Shown here piece after piece: positions 46,494-60,870 of a stretch of 64,000 nucleotides of DNA. The notes beneath the pieces are model-generated. The model was not told where the DNA came from. It did no database searches and was given only the letters and a program-made list of their open reading frames with translations. Within the stretch, counting starts at the first letter, position 1; each line of letters opens with the position of its first letter. The stretch covers positions 35,342,001 to 35,406,000 of the forward strand of contig CM119371.1 in the NCBI GenBank assembly GCA_051294905.1, read 5' to 3'. The translations under genes and the position numbers were made by a program. This DNA comes from Botryllus schlosseri (lineage: Eukaryota).

Positions 46494-48296
46494 ATGCACA
46501 GTTCAATCAACTACACCATTCATTGTCAAGTGTCCGTAGTTGACTCTAGTTTCTGACGATTCCTTCGACCAATACACTAAAATTGATAAATTGCATTTAA
46601 GAAACAAAGGTGCAATACTTACAGAGATAGATGAGTTTGTGCTTCGAGAGTTGCAACAAGACGGGCGAATTCCTCCTCTGAATATTGAGGCTCAAATCGA
46701 TGCGGCAGGCTCTCACCAAATATCGTCGAAATCTTCTACATCTGTATCTTCATCAGAAGTTCATTCATCAACCAGATCTTCTTCCATACCATTAATAATT
46801 TTAACTAATTTTACGTTATCTACGTGTCAAAGGGATTGCATAAATGAACTAATGGAAACAACAGATTCGTTTGTGAAACTGAGATCGAGATAGTTGCTAT
46901 GCCAAGGGTAAAAAATGCAAAATATCCCGTGTCTGTCTCTTCCGCAAGACCACTACTCCAAAGTCTGTGCACGGTGCAGTCAGTAATACGCTGTAAATCC
47001 ACAGCTTGAAAATTACAGGTGTATGAATAGCTTTGCATCAATATACAACTGTAATGGCATCTCAGTATCAGTCAACTGGCAAATATTACAGAGTCATGAC
47101 AAGTTCCAGACACGAATCCTCCTGACGTAACATGGTACGTTGAGAGCCGCCCTGATGTGTAAGACATAATTCCTTCATAACATCGGCTGACAACTATCTA
47201 ACGCTCGTTCTCTAAGTAACTGCCTAATCGCGTCGAGCAAGTGCGGCGGTGAAGATATCGTGCCATAAATTTCGTCAACGGGTTAAGAAACGATGACGCA
47301 CAACCGCGAGAGCTGGAGCGTGAAGTTGCTATCGAAATTTCAATAAATTGCAGCTCCATTACGGTGGCGTTCTGAAGAAAATGGCTGTAGCCAAAATTAT
47401 TTTTTCGTTTTGCCCTTCAATTTGAGACCACATCATTTTTTGAGTGCAGTGCCCCTTTTAGGGCGGGTTTGATAAATTTTCGCTCATACAATTACCCTTC
47501 AGGCGATATATGTCTGTCGGCTGGTTAGAATTATATTTCCTGAATGCGGGTTGTGAATAATACAGTTCCTTTACCGCTTACCCCAGATAGCAAAGTCTCT
47601 CGTTAGTGTGGAACGGCAAGAGTTAGTAGTGGTGTCCAGACCATTCGGACATTTTCCACTTAGTACAGAGAGTATGGACACATTTTATATGGCTTGAATA
47701 CAAAACACCCCACCACAAAAATCCAAGATTGCTAGCTCATGCCTAAATGCTTATGTGGCGAGTGCGCCGGCCGCGATTACAAGTGTTCGGTGACAGGGCC
47801 CAGGTCTTCTTGAACACAAGCATATGTATAGCTTCACCACGACATGTGTGTGGGTTTAGAGACCGACGGGAAAGTTACATTCACCGCTGTCCAGTGTCCA
47901 CGAGTTCGGATGACGGTATATTACAGCCACGAGAAATGATTAGTGTAATCAGAGATTGTGTAATCTAATGCTTTCCAACCTTTTTGAGCACCATCCGCTG
48001 TTTTTTTGCAAAATAAATTTCATTCGCACAAACGGTCTTCGGCGATGTTTTCCAGAGAAACCAGTCGGAGAAATCGTATAATGAATTCAAACTAATGCGT
48101 GTCATACCAAGATCGGGACATTTTCATGATCACACCATATTGTCTGAGTGTCTGGCTTGTTTGTTGTAATACCCGACCCAGTGCCATTGGATATGTAAAA
48201 ACAATTATCCACAGGATTTTTTTGCAACAAATTCAACAATTATTACATACATATTAACAGGTCGCTTTGGTGCCGTGGCGACCCAAAACTATATCC

Positions 48297-49465
48297 TTTC
48301 ATTCATTCATTGGTTTATTAGCAATTTTATCAGTTCAATACATCACAAAAAATGCGATACAATGAATAGACAGGAAGATGTCGAAGCGACTTGGATTTGT
48401 CAATGGAATCAGACACCCACCTTGGCCTAGGCGTAGTAAAGAGGAGGCATGCACACTGAATGAAAGTAAAGAATACAGTAGGCCTATAGAAAAAGAAAGC
48501 GGCAAGAATAGGGCAGCATGTCATGGGAAGCGAGATCGATAGGTCAGTCGTGGTCCGGTAATCTTGAGGATGCACTGTATTTATTTAATAGTAATTGCTT
48601 GTATTTCGACTTGAATGTGGACATGCTCGTCGACTGTCGGATGGCCGGCGGGATACTTTTCCACACATCAGGTCCGGCATATTGTACAGAGCGATGATCT
48701 TTCGGTCGATCATATCATATTTGGACGACGTGGACGCGCGTGTGTTGTACGTGTGCGCTTTTGATTCCGAGGTAAAGAAATCATTGAAATATTCGGGGCA
48801 ACGACCGCAGTGGAACTGATAGATAAACTTGGCGATTTCTAGTTTCCGCATATCTTCTATGTTTAGGACGCTGAATCTCTTCAGCAGCGACATGTTGGAT
48901 GGGCAACCAGGCCCCTTTTGGGCTCTAGCTATGATTCGGAGTACTTTATGCTGTAGTTTTTGAAGTGGCTTGAGTGCAGTTTTACTGGCAGCCCCCCAGC
49001 ACAGGATGCCATAATGTAACTTCGATTGGATTAAGGATTTGAAGAGTATCAGAAGAACCCATGCTGGCATGAAGCGCCTAAGGCTGTAGAACATAGGCCG
49101 CACTTCGGTGATAATTTAGTGTCTAGGGACTGAATATGACTCTTCCAGGACATGTTCGAGTCCATAAAAACCCCGAGATATTTGGCATTATCTGTGTTGG
49201 AAACGGGCTGTCCAGCGATATTAACGGTTAGGTTATTTTTTGAATTGACTGTCAGCAATTGGGATTTCAAGGCGTTTATGCAAAGGTTGTTCTGAACCGT
49301 CCACTCATGGACTTTAGGCATTTGGTCACTAGTCAGTGCATCCAGCTCTGCCGTCGAACATGCGGAAGAAAAGAGGTGAGTATCACCAGCGAACAGTGTG
49401 GTGTTCAATGAGGAGGTTTCAAAAATGTCGTTGACATATAAGGTGCAACCCATACTTTATTAAGC
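48297..49465 (-). mobile_element. 5'-truncated, frameshifted LINE (CR1/L2-like) with RT remnant
   Basis: LFAGDTHL (degenerate [Y/F]ADD), KYLGVFMDSNMSWKSHI, LHYGILCWG; (AATG)n tail. Confidence 0.9.
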
Positions 49466-52400
49466 CTTCTAGAGGTACAAATTTGCGTCACAGTGACTTG
49501 CAAATGTGCGTCTCTAATTATATGGTATTTACTTTTATCTTCGCGCCTCTCGCTAATCGAACTGTTAACACAAAAATATAATGATTGTTCAGCGAAAAAA
49601 GCAAAAAGGCGACTTGACATGATATTTTACGCGTGTCCGAGGCTCAGATGTGCCGTTTGTCTGCCACCACACCCGCTTTTGTTACCGGGCTTTCGATTAC
49701 GCAATTATTACAGTGCGCAAATATTAATTCACTACGGCTGGTGAGAGGAAAAGGTATTGTAAAAGGTACGGTTAGTGGTGCGTCATAAGTAGGGCGTTCA
49801 ATTTGTCAAAATTTTGTATCGTAGATTTTGCACTGTCGGTGAACTTATCATTTGATATTTTACAGCTTGAAGCCTACTTTATAAGCCTACCGTTTTAAAT
49901 GGCTTTGGTTGTCTGCTCATTGTGAATCATAAACATTCACATAAAACAAATAGGTAGACATGGTGTTATGGTCAACGTACCACAATATCCTAACTGAAAA
50001 AAGACTTATTGGGCATTGTATCATTCTTATATTAAGAAGCGCATAATGAAAAAGTGTGATGTTGACAGCATTGTCAGGATGAAGCAAAACGGTGTGTCAC
50101 CAGCAGTGTACGCACAACTTGAGTCTTGTCAGCCAACAACTGTTGCTGTGGAACATCCTTGGCAAGCTTCTTGTTAAGGGCATGCACTTTCTACCCAAGA
50201 ATGTGGGAAAGTATCTCTCGTTGAACGTCAAAAATATTTTATTATTTCTGCCATAATACGTATTGTAACCACTTGAATTCTTCATAGGGCCAGATTTCGT
50301 AGAACTATCGTTTTTTTTTCATGTAAAAATTTGTCTGTTTCTAAGGCGAAAACGATTTTTCAGGCCAAACTACTTCGTTAGGACAGCCGCTCTAACCAGA
50401 AATGAAGATAAGTGATACAATTTACCATTATGTGAGAAAACACCTCATTTGTATATGTTAGATCAAAATTTTGATTTTTTTGGTCCAAATCTTCCTTTTT
50501 TAGGTAAAAAAAAACGTCCTAGTCATAAGTAGAAATAGTTTTTAGAAATGAGTCGTAACCCCAAAGTTATAGGTAGCCACTGCACTTGAATTTCTTATTA
50601 GTTTTATTTGAATAATTCCACATCAGAAAAAGTAGCAAGTATTTATGATTTTGGTCCGCATTCATTCTGATTTCAATCCGCACCGCGTTCGTCAGCCGCA
50701 TTGCAATTTGTTTCATTCCCACAAGTGCGTACCATCCCACAGGTTTGAAAGCACTGGTGTAATCCGAGGATATACAACGGGCGTGTCAAACTCGACTGAC
50801 GTCGCGGGCCGGATTCAACACTTCAGATCGCTCGCGGGCCGCACCAAAATTCCTCAGTCCCAAAATATCTCAAAGTCCATTCTTTTTTTCATTTGAATAC
50901 TTCATAAACCAGCCTATATACGCAATAGTATATTATATTACATTACGGGTGATGGGGTTCTATTCTAGCTGCACCTTTATTCGCAAACACTGCAATTGGC
51001 TATAATATGAGGGTTGTGCGGGTAAATACAGTTATAAATAGGGTTGCATTAACAACAAAAACCAATTTAAAACGAACATTTTTAAAACAAGGCCCTTTTA
51101 AAAACATTTCTTTGAAGCCATGACGTCACGAATATTCAATTGTGACGTCACATTGGATTGAAATTGACATTTGAAAATATAGGGTAAATATAGCTCCTTT
51201 GACGAAATATATGTATTATTGTTGTTGAACCGAGTATTTTGAGGGTTCCAACCATCCCATATCAATATACGTCGGCTACATCTGGTGGTAATTGTCCGTA
51301 GGCTCATACAACATGTTTTTTAGAAAGTATTTACACAATTATGGCATATTTTTACAACTTAAAAAAAACACTATTTTTTTAGATGGCCTTTGTTTAAAAC
51401 ATGATTTAAACAAAGTGTTTTAAAACACCGTTTGTTTCAAATGCAACCCTAGTGCTCGATAATACACGCATTTGACAATCTACTCAGAATTGCTTCGCGG
51501 GCCGTTTGTTTGACACCCTTGATATACATGAATGATATGTATAATATAAATAACACCATGCCCGTAACAATTAGCTAACGTTTATCTCCGATTGTTCAGT
51601 ATAATGCCTATTTCTGACTTCAAGCACACTTTCCGGGTGGCTTGAACTGATGTGATTTACATTTTCGCAATCGGTGATGTAATAGTGATCAATGTATTCT
51701 AACAGCTCACGTAAAACCGTACAACCAGTCACCATCCCCATGTTCTGTCGATCGCTAGACCGGAAAAGCAGTTGGAGCGTAAAGAAAATTCATTCAATAC
51801 TTGCATCTATCAAAATCCCATGAGCAGTAAAGTAGCTTTCATTGAAAACAAGTGTCATTGCATTTCGCCCTCGGGCCCCCAGCTATAACACTAACAAATC
51901 GTTCGTTGACATTCTACGTTTACATTCGATACTGGATCAGTCTTGTTCTGCGTCCGCTATTCGAAGCAGAAGCACTAAGCATTTCAGAGGCGTTGCCGCG
52001 GTTAGTTTCGTGTGGTTGTTCCATAAATCGCAGATTTGTGTATGAGCAGGAATAGTTGTTAGGGTACAAAGTTATCAGATTAGATGCGATTCATGTTACC
52101 ACGCCTTCGCATAGACTTTTAACAGATTCGCGATGTAAGCAGTCGGATCAGTTCATCTCAAATCAGAATTACTTCTACCGTGATACGCATTATGTAACGT
52201 AACGTAACTCATGTCTGAGTCCTTCGGCGCGTGTCTGGGACAATGGCATGTACCTAATTCAAGTCATCAAGTAATCGGTGGCGATAAAATTCACTGTGTC
52301 CTGCATATGTTCGGATTGTTCGCAATGCGCCGGTGTGACCTATGAGAGCGACTGCTCATTCAATGATCATGCGTTTTACTGAGCCACCATTTTTCAATCA

Positions 52401-53399
52401 CAAATAAATTGACCGCAAACGAAGGGATAAGATCTTGCAGCTCACTATGTCGCAAACTAGCAATAAAGTATTACAATAGCAAAATATCTTCCTCTTTTCC
52501 ATAGACTGCACATTGTGTTGGGTTCATCTTAACCAAACCACCTGCTTGATTTAAATAGAATTTGAATATGGATTATAAGTTTATATTACTCGTCAACTAT
52601 TGGGGCAGGCTTGAATTGTATCTCATGGATGTGTACAGTGTAGTTGGTTTGTGACATCATTTCAATTCGTATTACATTCTATATCTAGGCTGAAATATAA
52701 TTATTGACTGATGTAATACGCCATTTATATAGTTGAGCAGTTATACGTATGTGTGAACGATACAATGCATTTTTGCATGTATATTAAACTATATATTCGC
52801 TCCTCGATTCAAAATAAATGGCCATTGAATCTGTATTTTAAGCAGCTAGCAAAATGCAATGACGTAATCATGCCTCGTACTTCGAAAAGGCAACTTGACT
52901 TGAATTGTGACTTGACTAGTGACTTGCCTTGACTCGATTTGATTCGATTCGAGTCACCTCGAAAGAGCAGGTAACTTGATTTGACTAGAGTCACCTTCGA
53001 TTGACTTGACTCGATTAATTTGACTTGAGTCAAAATGTTCAATTTTTCGAGATTCCTTGTGACTCAACGGTAGTAACTTGTTCGTCATATACTGAATTGC
53101 ACTATATACAACATGTATAGTGTATACACACCTGATTTACTGCTCAGCAGTGTACATTATTTTACCTGAAAAAACGACACATGATTTTGACTGCGTTACA
53201 TGTGGACTATCAGGGATATTTCTCCGTGAATTATCTTGCGATGTATAAGCGTAGCCAGAATGTCAGAGGTGCCATACCCCCAATTTTTTGATAAATTCCG
53301 TAAATAAACATTAAACATTGGTTGGAGTATTTTTGAGCAGATGTACTCAACTTGAAGATTTTCTTCGCGCTGCGCGCAACATGTAGTGTCGGTAGGTTT

Positions 53400-55430
53400 T
53401 TAATTGTTGATTATCCGCCTCCCGATAAATAAAAATGAAACAATAGGCCTAAATAAAAATACACATAATGTAACGAATTGAATGTATCTGTATTCTTGAG
53501 TGCTGCCTGTGCTTGTGGGACTAATAGGTACAATCTTTTGGGCGCAAAGAAGATATATCAAGGCAAATAGAGTTTTGGCCAACACGAAGTACGATCTCAG
53601 AAAGATCTCCAGGGATGAAACCTTGACCGAAGATCGCGCCGGATTGCCTTGTCCTTGCGGTATGAGTCCCGCGGTACAAATGCGATAAACAGAGTGAAGT
53701 ATTTCGCCCCGTGAATGAATGCAAATTGGGAACCGTACGCGTCTCACTAAAGAAGAGTCTCTTTTAATTTGTTTTTGAGTCGCAACAGCCGTCTCCGGAG
53801 GTCAAGAAATAACAGCATGCTTCAACAAAGTAGGGGAGATGTGGTACCGATGGATCAAAAATTGCAAAATGATCTCTGGCCCTCAAAACTCCAGCCGAGA
53901 ATAGCAGATCTTTTGCTGTCTCAACACTTCGATACAAGCTCTACCTATCGCGGACATTTACATGAATATCCGCCTTTTCAAAACATATTTATAAACGTTT
54001 AAAGTTTGTTGCTCGAACGTGTCATCGGTCCCCACCCGGTGGGTCCAAAGGCACACGACCATGGGACCTATGAGACATACGGTCAAAAACTCAAATTTGA
54101 TAACTTGTTTCGTTGTGTTATAAGCTAAGCTACAGCATGCCAATGAAGAATCTTTCGTCGCGACCTTCAAGAATAAAATTGACTGTATCAACTCAAATGT
54201 TGGCATAAAATCATGTTTTGATTTACGTCTAAACTTACAAAATTACTGCCACATACATATTACCCGCAAATCTACATTTGGACTTCCAAATACCTCGTAA
54301 TAGCGATAAAACAGCACGGGTACCTATGAATTACAGCATATATATATGTAGGCGAGTTTCTGTTGTTAAGTGATTAGTTGGTCCATCTATTTTGCTTGAT
54401 TTGGCTAAGGTACCATAGGTCCCCCACCCCATAAATATTGCAATTGACTTGAAAATAGTCCAGTCGAGGATGGTATTGATTCAAAACATATGTGTCATTA
54501 TATACCCTGATACAAGCCCTATACTTCACATAAAAAATTATGGCGGGTTTCTTAGTCTGAAAGTTGATATAGAAAAATGCAAATGTTGATCCAAATTTAC
54601 TTTACACCCCCTAAAACGTAAATCATTCGTCACAGACCCCATAACTCACGCAGGTCGAATTTTTTTGCATGTAAGGAAAGATTCTGTCAGCATATAACTG
54701 TAGACAGATTCACGGAGTGTAATCATGGAGTTATCATGGAGAATTTTTCAAGTATTTTCGGTCCCAGTGATCCATCGGTACCACATCTCCCCTAATTAAT
54801 GACGATTGGCCCCCGACGCTCACCCTGGATAAACTAACGAATGGTTTTAACGTATGGCACAGGCATAAACAGATAGATCAAGATGTATAATCACTTGCCC
54901 TCTGAATCTTTGAATTCAACGCTTCTATCAGCTCTATCGATAAATATGATTGTGGTTTTCCATAATATATATAAAAATATTCTAACCTCCCAATATGCCT
55001 GTTGGTGGAATAAATGTATAAAGTTCTCACCAGAAGTTGTGTTAATCACCAAATAAGAGCCCAAAAACGACCTTTTGTGCTATATTTTTCCATGTCTTCA
55101 ATGGTGGTTCTTTTACTTCATTGAATCCTGGACATCGCATCGCTAGCAGCTTTTATGGTGTTCTGTGTCATCACTGTTTTCTTGTGAAATACCATGCGAG
55201 TGAAAGTTTTTAATTTTATATTGTATTGCAGCGTTACGTAAGCGTTACACCATACATTATGCAGAAATAGGATCGATTTTTATTATTTCAAAGCGAATTC
55301 TGCAGGCGCACTTATTAAAATCAGTGGTAGTATCAGCAAACTCCACGCCTTCGATTTGATATAAACGAATGCTGACAATCCATTTCCACAAAAATAGGTG
55401 TTGACGAATGTAATATTAGCCCGTAACGCA
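53400..55430 (-). pseudogene. Decayed hAT transposase relic interrupted by TA-MITE copy 3, tentative
   Basis: Ordered broken motifs FADTTTD (first catalytic D region), CLCHTL (CxxH) and FSETR (SxTRW-like). Confidence 0.45.
53833..54792 (-). mobile_element. TA-targeting MITE, copy 3 (inverted)
   Basis: Reverse complement of 280-1237 with TA flanks. Confidence 0.9.
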
Positions 55431-56849
55431 GGGATGTCAAACTCAAATTGCGCCGCGGGGCGGATCAGTCAATGTTTCATTTATATCTCATGCCCTTGCT
55501 TTTCACTTGCATGGCTTATTGCTAAGCAATTAAGCAGATATAGACAATTATAATAATACCATATGTTAGGCCTACATTGCACCACGGATCATAGTGGGTT
55601 TCATTCTATGAATCAGCAACACCTTTATTCGCGAACAATGGAATAGGAAAAAAAAATACGATGCTAGGCAGGTTGAATACAGTCTATGAACCTCTAAAAC
55701 AGTGGCGCTTACGACGATATAAGTTGGTACTTGGCACATTTCTATGCTCACCGTGCTTCGGCCGTGCTCTGGCATTAGCCCGCGGCGCATGCGTTGTGAC
55801 AAATACATGAGATTTAACTGTAGCCACAGACGTTGGAGTGTACTTTTTTACTATTAAATCTCGCTTCAGGTTTTTCTAGAGTTCGTGGACCTTGTGAGTC
55901 GAAAATGACACAGCAGTGCAGCCACATAAATTTGAAAATGTATTTTTGTGTATCTAATATAATCTGAATGTTAACTGCCTATGACGGTCCGCATTGGCGT
56001 TCTCGCTTCAGTGAATAACTACTTTTTGTCCCATTTCCCCATAAAACCCTAGACTCGTGTGCACTAGTTTTCCCGAAATTGGGTGTCAATGTCGCCGAGG
56101 CGAGTGGCTATAATGTGGTCATAAAATTGAAGATGCTCGATATTTGCTGTCTTGAGGGATTGTGTAAAGAAAGTAGCCTATCTACTATAAAACAAGTTGA
56201 ACATTTGTTACACATGTGCTGGATAATATAAGCATTCAATCTACTCAGAATTGCTATGCGGGCCGGATGCGGGCCGCGGGCCGGATGTTTGCCACCCCTT
56301 CGTAACGCTTCCGACGACACCATAAGGCACCAAAATTGACAAACAGAGTTTTGATAGTCTAGCTATTTTCATCTAGCAGCTCATAGGGAATATATGATGA
56401 AGCGTCCGGCTTATTGATCGGTAGGTCGATGGTTCAATCCCGGGCCGGGTCAGATCAAAGACCTGATTAGTAACACTGGTATCCGTATCCATGACTTTCC
56501 CGCTTGGCGCTCAGAATCAACAGATTACATAGAGGAGTGGTACAAAAATTAGAAAGCCTTACAAGACTTTATCTGCATCTTCCTTGTCCAGCGGCAAATG
56601 CACATCGAACACTCATGGTATATATATGCACATATCGTGATTATGCATATCATGAGCCGGGGTAGGCTATATGTCGCAGAAATATATATCTTTCTTTATA
56701 TCACATAAGAAAATGGATCAATAATTTCCATTTCCAACGACTGTTCACTAATTTGCTGAGATTGTAAACAGTGATTTTACTACTACAACTTTTTATTTTT
56801 TCACAGACCACAACAAAACGTCTTTAACAACCAATATATTTGTATCATG

Positions 56850-57829
56850 CAGTGTTGGGATGACTCGAATCCCCTTTTTCGTATGACTTGACTTGACTCG
56901 AGTCACTTTGCTAAAATGACTTGACTTGACCTGTCTCGGCGTATTCGAAATGTGGATTGACTCGTGACTCGGAGCAAAATTCACGAGTCAATTTCAAGTC
57001 ATCAATTAATCGGTGTCGATAAAAATCTATATCTGGCATATGTTCGGATTGTTCGCGAAACGCTGGTGTAACCCATGAGAGTGACCAATCATTCCATGAT
57101 CGTGCGTTTTACTGACCCTCCATTGCTCTCTCACATATATATTGACCTTAAACAAAGTGATCGAATCTTACAGCCTACGTTGTCGTAAACTAGTAGTAAA
57201 GTCATTAAATAGTAAAGTGTCTATTTTCGTTCTCACCTTCACCAAACCTCTTGTTTTATTGAAATTGAATTCGAATATAGTTTATATAGTTCTCAACCAT
57301 TGGCGCAGGCTTGAATTGTATCATATCAATTTGTAAATGGGTGATACATTGCATTATATCAATTCGTTTCTCTGTTCTATATTTTGGCTGGTAACTATAA
57401 ACTGAGGCTATGCAATTACGTACGTCGAGGTGGGCCGTGCTATAAGTCGGCAGTTACGGAAAATAAGAAGAATATCGGCCTGGTGTAAATAACCATAGTA
57501 GTCGACAAACACCATGAATACCCCAAAACAAACGTACGTAGTTTAACAGTTCTACGTATATGTGAGCGATACAGCGCCTTCTTGCGTGTATATTGACGTG
57601 ACGTAATCATGCGTCATACTTTGAAAAGGCAACTTGACTTGAATTGTGACTTGACTCGTGACGTGACTTGACTTGACTCGACTTGACTCGAGTCACCTCC
57701 AAAAATCGACTGACTTGACTTGACTCGAATCACCTTCGAAAATCGATTGACTTAACTTGACTCGAGTCAAAATGTTCAATGACTCGAAATGACTCGTGAC
57801 TCGAAGGTAGTGACTTGATCCCAACACTG
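56850..57829 (+). mobile_element. hAT-like MITE with (GACTT)n/GACTCGAGTC subterminal arrays and a nested SINE 3' fragment (~57427-57530); related pieces at ~17250-17526, 18451-18900, 23750-23903, 52255-53085
   Basis: TIR CAGTGTTGGGAT / ATCCCAACACTG; no clean TSD. Confidence 0.8.
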
Positions 57830-58207
57830 ATCATTAGGCTATTGTCCATTTGGAAATTAAAATTAGTTTGCATAGTTGGATATTTCATCTCCGAAGGCTA
57901 TTTTTTAATATGAGTCGTGAATCTTCAGGAGTAATGAAGCGAATCCGGCTCGTGATTCATGTAATCTAAAAAATTAAAAATTAGGTTATAAATCTTTTTG
58001 CAAATTTTGAGGTCTCGCGGTCCCCTGAAAATGCTTCACGGACCCCCGGTTGAGAACCTCTAGCGTAGGTTATTATTTAGTTCTTTGTTTTCGGGTTTTA
58101 ATCACGTGGAAAGCATGTTATGTTCCGTTACAAAGGGCCTCTCCATTTTTTCCTTCAATCTCGTATACCTTGCCTCAAGCCGTAAAAATAGATCAATGAT
58201 CCAGAGC

Positions 58208-58693
58208 AGGGGCGGGCAACTTGTCAGGTCGGCGGGCCGGATCACAGAATATATTCATTAGTCGCGAATTTATACACCTATAAAAGGAATAAATCATATT
58301 TAATGTACACTTTAAGTTTAAAGCATAGAGAACAAAAACAATATGATATTTAATGAATTTAGGAACAGTAGCTGTTGAAGTCAATCATACATCTGTGGCC
58401 GGTCAGAGGTGTCAACAAGTTCTTTAACTATGGCTGATTTCGTATGTAAAAACTCTTAGTAAAGACTGCACGTGAAGATTAGTTGTATTCTAACGCAGCC
58501 CTGTCTCGATAATGTTCATGGTCGAAAATACATGCACGCCCGTACAGAGCGGATACTTTCATGTCCCTCATTCTAAGGTGGTATTCTGTGACGAATAAAA
58601 TGTGTCAATACTTTCAGATAAGAATTTTACCCCCGAGGGCAGAAACTATCTGCGGGCCGGATCCGGCCCGCCGGCCGTATGTTGCCCGTCCCA
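58208..58693. mobile_element. hAT MITE
   Basis: CAGGGGCGGGCAAC ... GTTGCCCGTCCCA; degenerate 8-bp TSD ATCCAGAG/ATCTAGGG. Confidence 0.65.
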
Positions 58694-60212
58694 ATCTAGG
58701 GTGAGATATGGGCTGACACTGACATATTCGACCATAAACATAAACAAGCCAGAGTTGCGTTCCAATATAAATGGTGTTCACGTGCAGTCGTTACTAAGGG
58801 TTTCTACGTTCAACATGCGACCAGAGTTCAAAGATCTTGTCGACAACTTTGATCGACCATACATGTCTCATTTGACTGCTATTGAAGTATATTACGTTAA
58901 TAAATTCATTCAATACTGTTTTGACCTCTGTGCTTTAAACTTAAAGTTGACATTAAATACGATTTATTCCTCGTACATAACGCAAGGCGAATGTCTTTGT
59001 GATGTTTTACTTGTGTAATCTGACTTCAGAAGGTTATACTGTACCATTCGCTGCCTATATCTTCTTATCGACGGACCTGCGACCACGGCAGTGAACGAAT
59101 TGTTGAATTAGTTACCATATAGTCTGCGTCGTACACACATATATCAAAATCACGCGGACGACTGTCTTGTTTGTTTTGCCTTCAAGACATTTTTGAGTGA
59201 ATCGTACCAAAATGTAAGACCGAATGAATATAAATGCATATATATTTTACGTTTTAATACATACATATATATAAATATGTATTATTTCCTATCGATATTT
59301 CATACACCACACCACATGTCTTGTCGAGTTTTAATATCCTGTATCAAGCTTCGAGATACTGCATGCACTTCAATCAATGTGATTGCCCTGACGTGATAAC
59401 CAATATATGTTTCATTTCCCGTATCATGTTTCCTGTATCATGTTATATATAAAGTTATAATGACCTTCCAGCTATCGGCTTCTGAAATTTCGGGGTTTCG
59501 TGCAACCACCCAGAAAACTTGCCTGGATCCGCCATCAAAAACGTTTAGGAAGCCCTGATCTACAGTGATTACTTTTACTTCAATGGTAAGCATCACGTTG
59601 TCTAGGGCAGTCATTACCAATGATGTATATGCAACCCCAATATCATATTGGAAAGTTCACAATGCCACCTGTTTGATATTAGATATTTAAACGTGCCACT
59701 ATTCAAGTCTCTGCAAGAAAATGTTCGCGAAGACCTGTTATGGACCACTCACGTGATTGCGATCATTATAATATATCTAGCGGGCCTACAGGAAACTTGC
59801 CACAGACAGGCAGTTGAGCACGGCTGGTTTTGCGAACTTGAGTCGGCGGTACCCAATCCTTGCTCCGATAAATTCTTTTTCTTGACAGCGTACAGCAACT
59901 ACTCTAGTTGGCGGGTCGGATATCGAAAAATAAAATACTTGGTGGTCCGGATTCCTGAATCAATACATTAATTATGTATTTATCCACCTACGATGAATAA
60001 ATCGTATTTAATGCAAACTGTAAGCGTACAGCATAGAGAACAAAGACCTTAGTCAATGAATTTCTTGACGTTATGTAGCCTACTTCAATAGGTCTTGAAG
60101 TCAATGAGACATGTGTGGTCGATTAAGGTTCTTCACAAGTTCTTTGAACTCTGGATGTCTGCACGGGAACATACATTAGATTATAACGCCGCTTTACCTC
60201 GTTGATGTTCAT

Positions 60213-60870
60213 ACAGGGGTGGGCAAACCGAGGCTCGCGGGCCACATGCGGCTCTTTCAGCCTTTGTTTGCGGCCCTTTAATGATTGCACAATACAGATG
60301 CGTGTCGTCATTTTGCTCGAGGGGATTATCCTGATTATAAATTGAAGCATGACGTGATGTTTTCGCGTGGTTTCTTTCCTTATGTTCTACGCATTACTGG
60401 TATAAGTTTTGAGGAATGTGGCACTACAGGGCTAGAACTTTACAATTGTACTCTCAAATCGAGTTCACATAAACATTCCACCCACAGTCCCACAACAATG
60501 GTGCCCGGTCATCAATGAATCATAAGTCCTTGTATTCAACAATGAACTCGATGATAAATTAATCACGTCAGCGCAGGTCACAATCATTTCCGGGTTAGGA
60601 ATGGTGTCAAGTTGTCAAGTTGTATTGTAAAGGCTGGTAATAGCTGCAGAATTAATTCAGGAAAATGTCGTCGTCATATAATTGCAAGCAAACAAAGTAT
60701 GATCAGAAAAATATTACTGCAACTTGAAACATCATTACGAAACCAAACACCAAAACCTTGCCACGAGTTACCCAACGCAGACAGATTTACAGAATAATAA
60801 AAATACCGAGCTGAAATCGTCCTTAAATTCTCATCAGCGATATATCATTGGCAGCAACATGCGTAGTTGG
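60213..60870 (+). mobile_element. hAT (SPIN/Buster-like) 5' fragment with transposase N-terminal remnant
   Basis: TIR CAGGGGTGGGCAAACC; LKHHYETKH...ELKSSLNSHQ resembles the LKRHYETKH...ELKxxLxxQQ motif. Confidence 0.7.
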
